Of a stretch of DNA of 64,000 nucleotides, positions 1-11,122 are shown piece by piece. Origin of the DNA: an uncultured Planctomycetota bacterium (GTDB lineage: Bacteria > Planctomycetota > Planctomycetia > Gemmatales > Gemmataceae). A program made the position numbers and the translations under genes. Position 1 is the stretch's first letter; each line of letters begins with the position of its first letter. Below the pieces are notes generated by a model. It saw only the letters and a list, made by a program, of their open reading frames with translations, ran no database searches and was not told the origin of the DNA. The stretch lies in NCBI GenBank assembly GCA_963849325.1, contig CAWKHF010000014.1:15217-79216 (forward strand), read 5' to 3'.

Positions 1-1099
1 GTTTCACGTGCAGTTGTTTGACCAGCAGACCGAACGGGTAAGCCGAATGCTCCAGGGTCTGGTGTACCTGGTCGCGCGTCTCTTCCAGCAGCCGGCGGAA
101 AGAGTGATCCGAAGCGAACGAGGTCCGCACGACTACCTGGTTGAGGAAGTAGCCGACCACCCGCTCCCATTCGGAGCGTTCGCGGCCGGCCACCGGAGTG
201 CCGACCAGGATGTCGTGCTGGCCGCCGAGCCGGTGCAGCAGAAGCTGGAAAACGGCCAGCAGGGCCATGAAGCGCGTGGCGCCGTGTTCGTCGGCCAGAG
301 AGCGCAGCTTGCGGACGACCTCGGCATTCAAGGTCCAGGAATGGGCGGTGCCGTTGTAGGTCTGGACGGGCGGACGGGGCCGATCCGTCGGTAGTTCCAG
401 CGCCGGCAGCTCGCCGGCAAGGAGGTTATGCCAGTATCGTTGCGCCTGCCGGCCACGCTCGCTGTACGCCTGCACGGTCTCCCAGCGGACGAAATCGGCG
501 AATCGCGCCGACGTTGGCGGCAGTCGTGCGGCTCGGCCGGCACGCAGGTCGAGGTAAAGCTGCCGCAGTTCCTGGATGAGCAGGTCGGCGGACCACAGGT
601 CGGCGATGATGTGATGGAACGTCATCAGGAGCACGAATTCCGCCGGCGCGCGGCGAAACAGCTCGATGCGCAGGCACGGCGCCCGGCCGAGGTCGAACGG
701 TACGTCCGCCTGCCGGCGGGCCGTTTCTATCAGGCGCTCCTCGCTCCACGACGAGGCATCGGTCACGGGGATGTCGAGGGGAACTTCCCTCTCCACCTGC
801 TGCATCGGTTTGTGATCGCGCGCGAGGAAGCGGGTCCGCAGGGCGGGATGGCGATCCACCAAAGCCCGGCAAGCGCGGCGGAGGACGGCCGCGTCAACCG
901 CGGCGGGGATGCGGGCGGCGTAGAGGAAGTTGTAGGCGGGACTGGCCGGCGCCAACTGGTGCAAAAACCACAACGAGGCCTGGCCATGCGAGAGCGGCAC
1001 CGGATCCTCGGAGCCGCCCGGCTGCAGGCCGAGCAGGTGTTTCACCAGTTCCTGCTTTTCCTCGACAGGCAAGGCGTGCAGTATCGATCGATCGATCAT
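1..1099 (-). CDS. NRPS protein, N-terminal condensation domain (runs off the window start; one indel near the 5' end)
   Basis: Manual minus-strand translation gives MIDRSILHALPVEEKQELV..., then PLSHGQASLWFLHQLAPASPAYN...RHPALRTRF...PFDL...LLMTFHHIIADLWS...LELPTDRPRP...VGYFLN. These are condensation-domain motifs including an HHxxxD core. RBS GGAGAGG lies upstream. Confidence 0.9.
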   Translation of the reverse strand, partial: MIDRSILHALPVEEKQELVKHLLGLQPGGSEDPVPLSHGQASLWFLHQLAPASPAYNFLYAARIPAAVDAAVLRRACRALVDRHPALRTRFLARDHKPMQQVEREVPLDIPVTDASSWSEERLIETARRQADVPFDLGRAPCLRIELFRRAPAEFVLLMTFHHIIADLWSADLLIQELRQLYLDLRAGRAARLPPTSARFADFVRWETVQAYSERGRQAQRYWHNLLAGELPALELPTDRPRPPVQTYNGTAHSWTLNAEVVRKLRSLADEHGATRFMALLAVFQLLLHRLGGQHDILVGTPVAGRERSEWERVVGYFLNQVVVRTSFASDHSFRRLLEETRDQVHQTLEHSAYPFGLLVKQLHVK

Positions 1100-1145
1100 C
1101 GCTTGTCCTCTCCGTTCCGTGCTGCTCCGCAAAGCCGCAAGCGGC

Positions 1146-4100
1146 TTACTCCAAAAGCGATTCCAGAAGTCCGTCGAGTTTTTCCTCGGGAAGCTGGTCT
1201 ACGTTCTCCGAGGTAAGGCCCGCCGGCGGTCGCGGTCCCGTCGGGCGCTCGTCGGGCTTTTCGCTCAGCGCCGCCGCCGCCCGGTCCCGAATCTGGCCCA
1301 GGCTCAGCCCACGGAGGAAATCGACCACGGACAGGGACAGCCCCAGGTGGTCCTCGATCCGGTTGCGCAGCTGAATGCCCGTCAGGGAATCGAGTCCGAA
1401 TGCCTGCAACGGTTTGTCCACGTCGGACGCGGAGACGTCCAGGCCGAGGACGTTGCGCAGCTGTCGCCGTAGGTACTCCTCAATCAGCCGGCGCCGCTCC
1501 GAGGGAGGGGCCGACAGGATCGCCTTGCGGTCGAGGTGCCTCGTCTTTTCCGTGCCGTTGACGCTGGCAAGCTCCGGCGCCGGTGTTCCCGGAACGTAGC
1601 GCTGGCCGCCCCGATAAGCCACCACCCGCTGCTCGTCGGAGTGGCGGAGGGTCTGATACAAGCATTCCACCTGTTCGGCGGCGGATTGATTCGGATCGAG
1701 GTCGATGAGACCCATCGATCCGTCGGCTCGCGGAGGGAAGAGCGATTGCCACTCCGCGGAAGACACCTCCGCTGTCTCCCTCCCCGGGAGGCAAGGAGCC
1801 GCGCCGCGCGTGACGACCCACGTCCCGGACAGTGAGTCGTTCGTGCAGACACGGGAAGGGTCATGCTGCCGGCAACTGCAAGGAGGTCTGGCGAGTGCGC
1901 CTGCCCCGTCCGTGAAGTCCACCAGGTAGATCGCCGCTCTCGGGTCGGAGGGCCGGATTGCCTCGGTGATGCAGGAATCGCCAGGGGCGAGACGAACAAC
2001 CGTGCCTCCATCCGCCTTCAACCTCGCGGCCAGGGCGTCCGCCAGGTTCAGCCGGTCCCCGGCCAGGATCCAGGTCGTCGAGGTCCGGGCCGGCCCCGTG
2101 GACCCGTTTCCGATGGGACTGATACCGTTCTTTCGGAACGTGGGCTTCGCTGCTGCTGACAGGCTGGTGTCATTGCGAGCCAGGATGACTACCTGGTCGG
2201 GGTCGGGCAATTGCGCATCGGCGGCGGGAAGGGCCGCGACGTTCCGCAAAACCTTCGTCGGCAAGCAGGCGTCCCCAGTCCGCGGGCGGCAGCAACGGGT
2301 ATTGGGGCCGCAGCTCCAGGTCGGCGAATTTCCACCATCCCTCGGTCAGGCCGAAGATAAGGTCCAGCAAGCGCCGCGGCCCCGTCCCTTCGAGCAGGAC
2401 CAGGACACCGCCGGGAGCCAGCAGACGACGCGCCGTGCGGACGCTGCTTCGCAGGTCCGGGGTGGCGTGCAGCACGTTGGCTGCCAGGACCACGTCGAAT
2501 TGGCCGTCCGCGAAGCCCTGCGGTCCCGGAGCTTTTTCCAGGTTGAACGTGCGGTACTGGACGAAGGGGAACGCCTCGAACTTGGCGGAGGCCTGGGCGA
2601 CGAACAGCCGCGATACGTCGGTGAAGACGTACTCGACCCGATCCGGCGGCAGGGCCGGCAGGACGTGCGCCGTGGTGCCGCCCGTGCCGCCGCCGACCTC
2701 CAGAATGTGGACGGGGCGATGGTCGGCGAGGCGCTCGATCAGGCGAGACAGCGAGCCGACCACCAGGTCGTTATAGAAGCGCGCCACCGGAGATTCCCGA
2801 TACAGCCGCTCCGTCCAGGAGGCGGCCTCGTCGCCGAACAGAACGTCGAGCGGATCGGCCTCGCCGCGCAGGACGCGGTGCATCCGCGTGGCGCAGCGAT
2901 GGGCCAACCGCAAGTCCGCCTCGAAAGTCGGATGACGGCCGAGCAGGTCGCGGTGCCAATCGCCAACGTCCCCCGCAGCGGGCATGCGGATCACGCGCCA
3001 GCCGGTCTCCGTGCGGGCGAGCCAGCCGTCCTCCGCCGCCATCTGCAACAGCCGGCCGAGAAGCCGGTGGTAAGAGGGAATCACTTTCAGCCGTCCGGCC
3101 AGTTCGTCGTCGCACACCTCGTCGCCGGGTCGCGGGGTCCAGCCGAGACGGCGCAGCGTGTCCACGACGTAGGCACCGGCCAAGCGATCAAATTCCTCTC
3201 TCAAGGGTATGAATTGTTCGATCCGATGCTTGGCTCGCAGCGGGGGAACGAGCGCAGCGGCGTCGGCGAGAGTCTCGAACCCCGTTGCTCCGCGGGGCAA
3301 GTGCTGGCGCCAGTTGGAACAGGGTCTCCAGTGGAGGCTTTCGCCAGTCCCACGGGAAGGTTTGGCCACGGCGGCAACAGGCGGCCGAGTGGGGGCGATG
3401 GCATCGACCCAGTAACGGAAGCGCTCGAAGGGGTAGGTCGGCAAATCGACGCGCGGGCGATGGGGCCGGCCATCCATCTGCTCCCAGCTCACGTTTGCTC
3501 CGTCCGCGTACAGACGGCCAAGGGCCGCGAGCATCTCTGCCTGATCGCTGCCTCCTCGCCGTAGCGACGACCGCCAGACTGTACCCTCCATCGCCTCCAG
3601 GCAGGCCGGGCCGAGCCGAGAGAGGACGGCGTCGGGTCCGACCTCGACGAAGTGCGTGATACCGGCCTTGTGGAGCGTGCGGATGCCGGCGGCGAACTGC
3701 ACCGGCCGGCGGGCGTGCTCCGCCCAGTATTCCGGCGCGGGGATGGCGTCGAAAAAGGCGCCGGTGACGTTGGAGACGAGGGGGATGGACGGCGGGCGGT
3801 GCGACATTCGCGCGGCCAACTCGCGCAGTCCCGGCAACGTCGGCTCGATCAGGGACGAATGGAAGGCGCGGCGGACGTGCAGCAGGCGGGTCTCGACTCC
3901 CTGGGCCGCTAATTCCTCGCGCAACGCCGTCGCCTCCGCGGCGTATCCGGCGACGACGATGCTGTCCGGGCCGTTGACCGCGGCGACGTCCGAGACGTCC
4001 GCCCCATCGCCCGACATGATTTCGTACCACATCCAGCGGCGCGAAGCACACCAGCATGGCGCCTTCGGGACAGTCCTGCATGAGCCGCCCGCGCCGGACG

Positions 4101-7100
4101 ATCAGCTCCAGGGCGCTCTCCAGCGGCAACACGCCGGCCACGCATGCCGCCACGTACTCTCCGACGCTGTGGCCCAGCAGCGCGGCCGGCTGGACGCCCC
4201 ATGCCCGCCACGTCTGCGCCAGGCGCGTATTCCACGGCGAAGAGGGCCGGCTGGGAGACATCGGTCTGCTCCAACCGTTCCACGTCGCGCAGAAGGTCCG
4301 GCAGGTTTTTCATGCCGAGGGCATCGAGGATGTCGGCGCAGCGATCCAGCGTGCGGCGATAGGTGAGGCACGATTCGTACAGCTCGCGCCCCATGCCGGC
4401 GTACTGCGCGCCCTGGCCCGTGAACAGGAACGCCACCCGGCCCGTCCAGCTCGCGCGCGGCCTGTCCTTCCTGGCAGGCGGGGTGATGGCCCGTCTCGGC
4501 CCAGGCGGCGAGGGCCGTGGACAAATCCTGAACCCGTGGCGCCGATCACGGCGAGCCGATACTCGAAGTGACATCGTTCTCGGCTGGCGGCGGCGCAAAC
4601 GTCCTCCACCGCGACGTCGGGGTGGTCGCGCAGCCATCCGGCGAAACGGCGCGCCAGCTCGCGCAGCGCCGTCTTACTTTTGGCCGACAGCGGCAGAAGA
4701 TGACAAGGTGACAAGGTGACAAGGTGACAAGGTGAACGGAGAACTGCCGCGGTTGCGGCCTCTCTGTTTCTCGTGTGTCCCTGGCTCTCTTGCGACAAGG
4801 TCACCTTGTCACCTTGTCTCCTTGTCACCTTGTCATCTTCGGGGGCTTGAGCGACGAGGACGTGAGCGTTGGTGCCGCCGAAGCCAAAGGAACTGACGGC
4901 GGCCAGCCGCGGACGTTGCTCGTTGGGCCAGGGGGTTAGCTCGCGGGGAATGTGGAAGCGCGTGCCCGCGAGTCCGATGCGCGGGTTGAGATTTTCCAGG
5001 TGCAGGTGCGGGGCGATCTGGCCGTGATGGACCTGCAAGACGGCCTTGATCAGACCGGCGATGCCCGCCGCCGCTTCCAGATGGCCGAGGTTCGTCTTGA
5101 CCGAAGACAGGGCGCAGGGCACGGTCGCGGAACCCAGGGCGGCTTGCAGAGCGTCGAACTCGATCGGGTCGCCCAGAGAGGTGCCGGTGCCGTGGGCCTC
5201 GATGCAAGACACGTCGTCGGGGGAACGGCCGGCGAGCCGGAGCACGCGACGGATTAGCTCGGTCTGCCGTGCGCCGTTGGGGGCGGTGATGCCGTTGCTC
5301 TTGCCGTCCTGATTGACGGCCGACGCCTCCACAACCGCGAGGATGCGATCGCCGTCGCGCACGGCCGCCGACAGCGGCTTGAGGACGACGACACCGCAGC
5401 CCTCGCCGCGGACGTAACCGTCGGCGGCGGCGTCGAACGTCTTGCACAGGCCGGCCGACGACAACATGCCGCCGTGCGACAGTACCTCGGTCAGATCCGG
5501 CGTGAGGATCAGATTGACGCCGCCCACCAGGGCCAACTCGCACTCGCCCAGCCGCAAGCTCTGACAGGCCAGGTGGATCGCCACCAGCGCCGAAGAGCAG
5601 GCCGTATCGACGGTCACGCTCGGGCCGTGCAGGTCGAGATGATAGGACAGGCGATGCGCGGCCATGCTGGCCGCATTGCCGACACCCGCGTAACCGTCGG
5701 AGGCGCAGCCGTGCGCCAGCAGCAGCCGACTGTAATCGTTTGTCGAGGCACCCACGAACACGCCCACGGGACGGCCGGCCAGGCCGTCCGCGGGCAAGCC
5801 GGCGTGCTCCAGCGCCTCCCAGGCCGTTTCCAGCAGCAAACGATGTTGCGGATCGATAAAGACGGCTTCTCGGGGAGCGATGCCGAAAAACGGAGCGTCG
5901 AAACAGGCGACGTCCGCCAGGTATCCGCCTCGCGTCGTGGCCGCGCCCTCGGCGGCGCGCTCCCAGCGACCTTCGGGCAACTCGTCAATCACACAGCGGC
6001 CATCTCGGAAGACCTGCCAGACCTCGTCCGGCCCGTGGGCCGTGGGGAAACGACAGCCGATGCCGACGACCGCGATCGACTGGCGCCTCGCCTCGCAGGC
6101 AGGAGCCTCCAGCTTCACGTCAGCCACGGAGTCGCGGGCCAGGACGCCGACGAGGGCGCCGACGGTCGGAGCGCTGTACAACAGAGTCGGCGATAGGGGA
6201 CGGCCCAGCCATTCTTGCAGGTCGGAAGCCAGGGCCGCCAGCGCCAGGGAACCCATGCCATAGGCGGACCAGGGCTTGTCCGCGTCGATCTGATCGGGCG
6301 GCAGTTTCAAGAGCCGGGCCATCCGAGCCACGAGCCAGTCGCGCAGCGCCTCGGAAGAAGTGGCGAGTGGCGAGTGGCGAGTGGCGAGGGAAGAAGAAGC
6401 CTCTTCACTAGCCACTGACCACTGGCCACTAGCCACTTCTTCCGAGGCACGTTCGATAGCGTTGAGTTCTCCGTCTCGGAAGCGACGGGCACATTCCTGG
6501 CGCTGCACTTTGCCGCTAGAAGCCCGCGGGATCGAGCCGACCTTGACCAGCAGCAAGTGGTGCAACTCCAACTCGAACAACTCGGCGAGGCGTTCGCGGA
6601 TGCGGGCGAATAACCCCTCGCCTCCGCCGGGCTTGTAATCGCGCGCCACCTCGAACACGAGCACCAGTTCGGTGCCGGACTCTCCCTCGACCGCGAAGGA
6701 GGCGCCGGTCTGTCCGCCCAGTTCGGGACAGGCGTCCGCGGCCGCCTCCTCCAGGTCGTGCGGGTAGAAGTTACGGCCCCGGCAGATGATCAGGTCCTTG
6801 CACCGGCCGCTGATGAAAAGCTCGCCTTCGTGGAAGAAGCCCATGTCGCCGGTGCGCAGGAAGGAGAGTTCCGGGTCTGAAGGACACCGAGCCTGAAACG
6901 TCTGCGCCGATTCTTCCGGCCGATCCCAGTAACCGCGGCGCGACGCTGGGACCGGACACCCAGATTTCTCCGATTCGCCCCTCGGAAAGCGGTTCGGCGC
7001 TGGCCGGATCGACGATGCGCACGGTCAGGTCCGGCAACGGCCGACCGCAGCCGACCATCGGCTGTCCGTCGCCTTCCAGCTCGACTCGTTTCTCGCCCAG

Positions 7101-8169
7101 GGCCGACCGCGAGAACGAGCGGACGATCGGAGGCGCGGTCCGGTCGCCGCCCGTCACCATGAGCGTCGCCTCGGCCAGACCGTAGCAGGGGAAGAAGGTC
7201 TCGCGGCGGAAGCCATACGGGGCGAAGACCTCGGCGAAGCGGTCCAGCGCTTCCGCGGCCACCGGCTCGGCGCCGACGTAGGCCACCTTCCAGCAGCTCA
7301 GGTCCAGACCCTGACATTTCTCCGGCGTCATGCGCTGGACGCAGTGGCGGAAGGCGAAGGTCGGCCCGCCGCTGACGTAGGCCCGCCGCGCGCTGATCGT
7401 CCGCAGCCAGAACATCGGCTCCTGAACGAAAGCGGCTGGCGGAAGGACCGTCATGGGCAGGCCGGTGAAGACTGTCTGCAACAGGTTGCCGATCAGCCCC
7501 ATGTCGTGAAAAGCCGGCAGCCAACACACGGTGTCCGTCTGGGGGGTCAACCCCAGGATTTCCCGCATACGGGTCAGGTTGTGGAGCAAGGCGGCGTGGG
7601 TCAGCATCACGCCCTTGGGCAGCCCGGTCGAACCGGAGGTGTACTGGAGGACGGCCAGGTCGTCGCGTCCGATGCTCGGCACGGGACACGTCCCGGCGTC
7701 GCTCTCCGCGATCGCGGAGGTGTCGAGCCAGTCGAGGGCTTGCAGCCGAGGCACTCGCGCCGTCAGCCGCCCCAGGTCGCGGAGGGTTTTCGTGTTCGTC
7801 AGGGCCAGGACGGACCCCGAATTCTCGGCCACGCTTTGCAGGCGCACGTCCGAGCGGTTGGCCCGCGGCGGGTAGAGGGGAACGGCGATCACGCCGGCAT
7901 ACAGACAGCCGAACAGGCCGACCAGGAAATCCAGACCCGGAGGGTAGCAGAGCAACGCCCTCTGCCCGGCCCGGCCTGCGGAGCACGGAGGCGACGGCAC
8001 GGGCTTGCCGGTCGAGCTGGCGGAAGGAGAGGCGGACCTCCTCGGCGCGGCCGTCCGCGAGGAAGGCATAGCCGTGGACGCTGCCTTCTTCGGCCCGAGC
8101 CTGGAGCGAATGAATCAGGCTTTCGTTGGTCGAGCCGTTTATGAGGGCGATGCGCGACATAGCAATCAT
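1146..8169 (-). CDS. FAAL-ACP-KS-AT-cMT-pseudoKR-ACP type I PKS megasynthase (split into several ORFs by indels)
   Basis: [49 protein letters not shown]1: [64 protein letters not shown] structural remnant: [27 protein letters not shown]2: [15 protein letters not shown]. Confidence 0.92.
4696..4840. repeat. Palindromic octamer-repeat (GACAAGGT) element inside the PKS KS-AT linker
   Basis: 21-bp terminal inverted repeat gaagatgacaaggtgacaagg/ccttgtcaccttgtcatcttc with tandem GACAAGGT units. Read in frame as [13 protein letters not shown]...[13 protein letters not shown]. Confidence 0.9.
6348..6448. repeat. Palindromic heptamer-repeat (GTGGCGA/CACTAGC) element inside the FAAL-ACP linker
   Basis: Terminal inverted repeat gcctcggaagaagtggc/gccacttcttccgaggc with tandem heptamers. 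Read in frame as [14 protein letters not shown]...[13 protein letters not shown]. Confidence 0.9.
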
Positions 8170-8484
8170 GGGGCAGAGGCCAATCCGAGGAAACCTCGGT
8201 GGTGATCATTCGGTGCGAGAGGATCTCTCCCCTCCACCTCGACTCTTTTCCTGTACGGCACCAACCGAGAACTGTGACACAATCTTGCCCGGAGACCGCG
8301 AGGGATTCAAGGATAAAGGCAATCTTCTCGCCAATATCCCAGGACGCCCCGTCGGAAGAAAATGCCCAATCCACGTCTTCGCCAAAGACCATCGGTTCGA
8401 GACGCTGATTGATTCTCCCTTCCTGGTTGAATCCGCACGGAAGGCGGGCCGAATCGACGATCGCGGCCCGTTTGTGGCTACCCT

Positions 8485-8596
8485 GGAAAAAGAAGCCGGC
8501 ATGGCCGAACACCCTGAGGTATTCGATCACGCCGGCTTACTCGTCAACGGACCCCCCGGCATGGCCGGGTTGTCCTTCATCTAGTCATCCGACGAT
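8485..8596 (-). promoter_or_regulatory. Candidate structured leader RNA (attenuator/riboswitch-like) with an intrinsic terminator upstream of the PKS
   Basis: Minus strand: helix UCGUCGG/UUGACGA encloses hairpin GGAC..CCCGG-CCAUG-CCGGG..GUCC. It is followed by hairpin AAGCCGGCGUGAUCGAAUACC-UCAG-GGUGUUCGGCCAUGCCGGCUU and CUUUUU. The 12-mer CGGCCAUGCCGG is present twice. Confidence 0.65.
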
Positions 8597-8790
8597 TACA
8601 ATCGAAATCTTTAGCGCAGTTGGTGAAAAGCTCACTGCGACTCCGCTACGTTTTGTCATTCTACGGCTCGGGACCGGGAAAGCAAGGGGATTGTCGTTCC
8701 GCGCCCGCTATCCCGCTATCCGAATCCCCAGCTCGACTGGGAATCGAGAGTTCGCATGGACTCGACCCCGATTGCCCGTTTCGCCGCAAG

Positions 8791-8819
8791 TTGACGGGTG
8801 CCAAAGGGCTGCCTACAAT
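8791..8819 (+). promoter_or_regulatory. Sigma70-like promoter
   Basis: TTGACG-17 bp-TACAAT about 90 bp upstream of the ATG at 8911. Confidence 0.65.
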
Positions 8820-8854
8820 TCGGGTGCGATGGCTGCCGCTTCGCCTCGGGAGAA

Positions 8855-8878
8855 CGCTAAGCCGCAAGCGGCTTGGCG
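8855..8878. repeat. Short palindromic repeat (AAGCCGCAAGCGGCTT family); other copies at 1132-1147 and 9858-9915
   Basis: Same hairpin core aagccgc-aa-gcggc found in three intergenic spots. Confidence 0.8.
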
Positions 8879-8910
8879 GAGGCGGCACGTCTCGAAGAAA
8901 GGGAGTTCCC

Positions 8911-9849
8911 ATGAAACGTTTGATCGCTTCCGTCGTCCTTCTCGGTCTGTTCGTCGTCGTCGGCACGTCCTGCTGCGCCGGCCGACAGGACCGCAGAGCG
9001 GAGCCGGTCGCCCCGGAGGTGACGCCGCGAGCCGCCGAACCGGACGAGAAAGTTGATCTGACACCCAAGGCGCTCGATCGCATCCCGGTCGGCACTGTCA
9101 TCGGCGCCGCGCGCCGAAGGGTTGGTCCAACCTGGTTCTGTTCGCCATCCCGACGTTGACGCGCGAGGACGAGCAGTCCGCGCCGCGCATGGCCGCCCAC
9201 TACGCACAAGCTGTTCAAGTTCACGGTGCTGGCCAACGTCGCGCGCGGCAAGGGCGGCGACAAGGCCCCATTCTATCTGCAAAAAGTCGCGCGTGGCTTC
9301 GCCACGACCATCGACGGCAAGAACACCATCGTCAGCGGCGCCAACACGATGGGCGCCGACCTGGGTCTGTTCGGTCGTCGCATCCTCGACGAGAACGAGA
9401 AGGTCCTCGACGAGGATGTTCGGCAAGTGGTCCGCAGCAACACCATGCTGATCTTCGACGCCCAAGCGGTCATGCTGCGGGGCGGCGATCACGTCAACAT
9501 GATCATGCGTCACGCCCTCCTGGTCGATCCGGCCAGCGGCCGCCTCTACACGCTGGTGTGGCTGCTGACACGAGATTATCAGCCGGCCGAGAAGGCCATC
9601 CAGCTGCTGCCCGAGGGGATGCGCGAGAAACGGCTGCTGAGCGTCAAGCGCGATAAGTTCTCGGCGCTGGGCATCCCCAACCGCGACGCCTTCGCCCTCC
9701 GACAGCTTCCCCAGGGCACGGCGATCCCTTACACGCCGGCGCTCAAGGAGGCGGCCAGCGTCAAGAAGTTCCAGGAGTTGCAGGTGCCCAAGATCGAGGA
9801 GACGCTGCGAACCGTGGCGGCGACAACGGCCGCCAAGACCGCCAAGTGA
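8911..9849 (+). CDS. Hypothetical exported protein/lipoprotein (two indels)
   Basis: RBS AAAGGGAG; signal peptide MKRLIASVVLLGLFVVVGTSCC. The frame continues through ORFs 9156+ and 9226..9849. Confidence 0.75.
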
Positions 9850-9935
9850 GCTTCGACCCCAAGCCGCTTGCGGCTTAGCGTTGGCCGCCCTACGCGAAGC
9901 CGCAAGCGGCTCGGATTCTCGGGGAGTGCCTCGCC

Positions 9936-10827
9936 ATGAAGCGCTTGTTGTCCGCCCTGGTCCTGACCTTTCTCTCCGCTGCGGCGGCGGTCGCGGAGGA
10001 GGTCAAAAATCCGCTCTTCGAGGAGCTGGTCTCTCGCGGCATCGTCCTCCCCGATGGGCCGACCGTCAAACTCCCCGACCCCTTGCTTCCACCCGGATCG
10101 CCGCCCCCCGCCGATACCGGCGCCTTGCTCGACAAGGCTGCCGGCCGCGTTCCGGTCGAACTCTTTAGGCGGCGGACGATCAACGCTCCCTTCTCGTTGA
10201 AAATCAGCTCCGTCGAGAAAGCGGACAACGAGCGCCGCGGCCAGATGATTGACCTCACCTTCCTGGCCTACGGCAAACTCGACGCCGTGCTCGACACGGA
10301 CTTCATGAAGCACTTTCTCAGCGGCAAGGAGAAGGCCGGCGCGGGCGGCAACAGCACCATCCTGAGCGCGAAGGAACTGAAGGAACGCGGCATCCGTCTG
10401 CTGGACGTGCCGGGCCTGAAGGACCAGTACGCCACGACGACACTCTCGCTGTTACAAAAAGTCCAGGTCGAGGGGATCATGCGCAGCGTCGCGCACGAAG
10501 TCGCCGCACGCGGTCCTGTCCGCGACTCGGCTCGACGATCGTTTTCGGAACGACAAGGAGCACCCGAATATCTGGCGGCACATCATACCGGCCGGCGACG
10601 ACGAAAAGCTCGGACCGCCCCATCCCTATACGGGTCTGGCAGGTTATGTCCTCGTCACCCAGTTGCCGGAGCCGAAAGACGCTCTGCTGGTCGAGATGCA
10701 CTTCCTTTTGCACGAACCGCACGACTGGTTCGGCGGACTCCCCCTCCTGCGCTCGAAAATGTCGATCCTGATCCCGGACAACGTCCGCTCCTTCCGACGC
10801 AAACTGGCCAAGAAAGAGACGGAATAA
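9936..10827 (+). CDS. Hypothetical secreted protein (indel near 10490)
   Basis: Signal peptide MKRLLSALVLTFLSAAAAVA. After the shift the frame reads ...ATRLDDRFRNDKEHPNIWRH...GYVLVTQLPEPKDALLVEMHFLLHEPHDWFGG...RSFRRKLAKKETE*. Confidence 0.75.
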
Positions 10828-10828
10828 A

Positions 10829-10927
10829 AAATGAACCGACAGATGAACACGGATAAGACAAAAACAGCCGCCCTTTATCATCTGTCTTTGTCTTATCCGT
10901 GTTCATCCGTGTACATCTGTGGTTCAT
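10829..10927. repeat. Long imperfect palindrome (AACACGGAT/ATCCGTGTT family), possible terminator
   Basis: atgaac...gatgaacacggataagacaaa...tttgtcttatccgtgttcatc...ggttcat inverted arms directly after the stop codon. Confidence 0.75.
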
Positions 10928-11122
10928 TGTTCTTCTCCACCTAAGTTCCTCCGCGGCGCGGCTAAACGGATTTGGAGAGTTGTAACGCCTGACTTGGATG
11001 GGCAAGGTGGAAAAACGCTCCGGCCTCTCTGGTAACGCGAACGGGGACAATTTTATGATGGATTGGACAGCCATTCGCGCTTCGGTCCCCCGACCCGTAA
11101 CCGAGAAGAGAGCCTTTCGCCA

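Noticed and set aside
1083-1099. ATCGATCGATCGATC tandem repeat at the NRPS start
   Set aside because: Too short to support phase variation; it simply encodes MIDRSI.
4696-6448. Possible CRISPR array or transposon in the PKS
   Set aside because: The units are 7-8 bp tandem repeats without unique spacers, and no cas or transposase gene occurs in the window.
7889-8584. ORFs 7889-8530(-) and 8126-8584(+) in the PKS upstream region
   Set aside because: No RBS or protein motifs and atypical codon use; the region is better explained as a structured non-coding leader.
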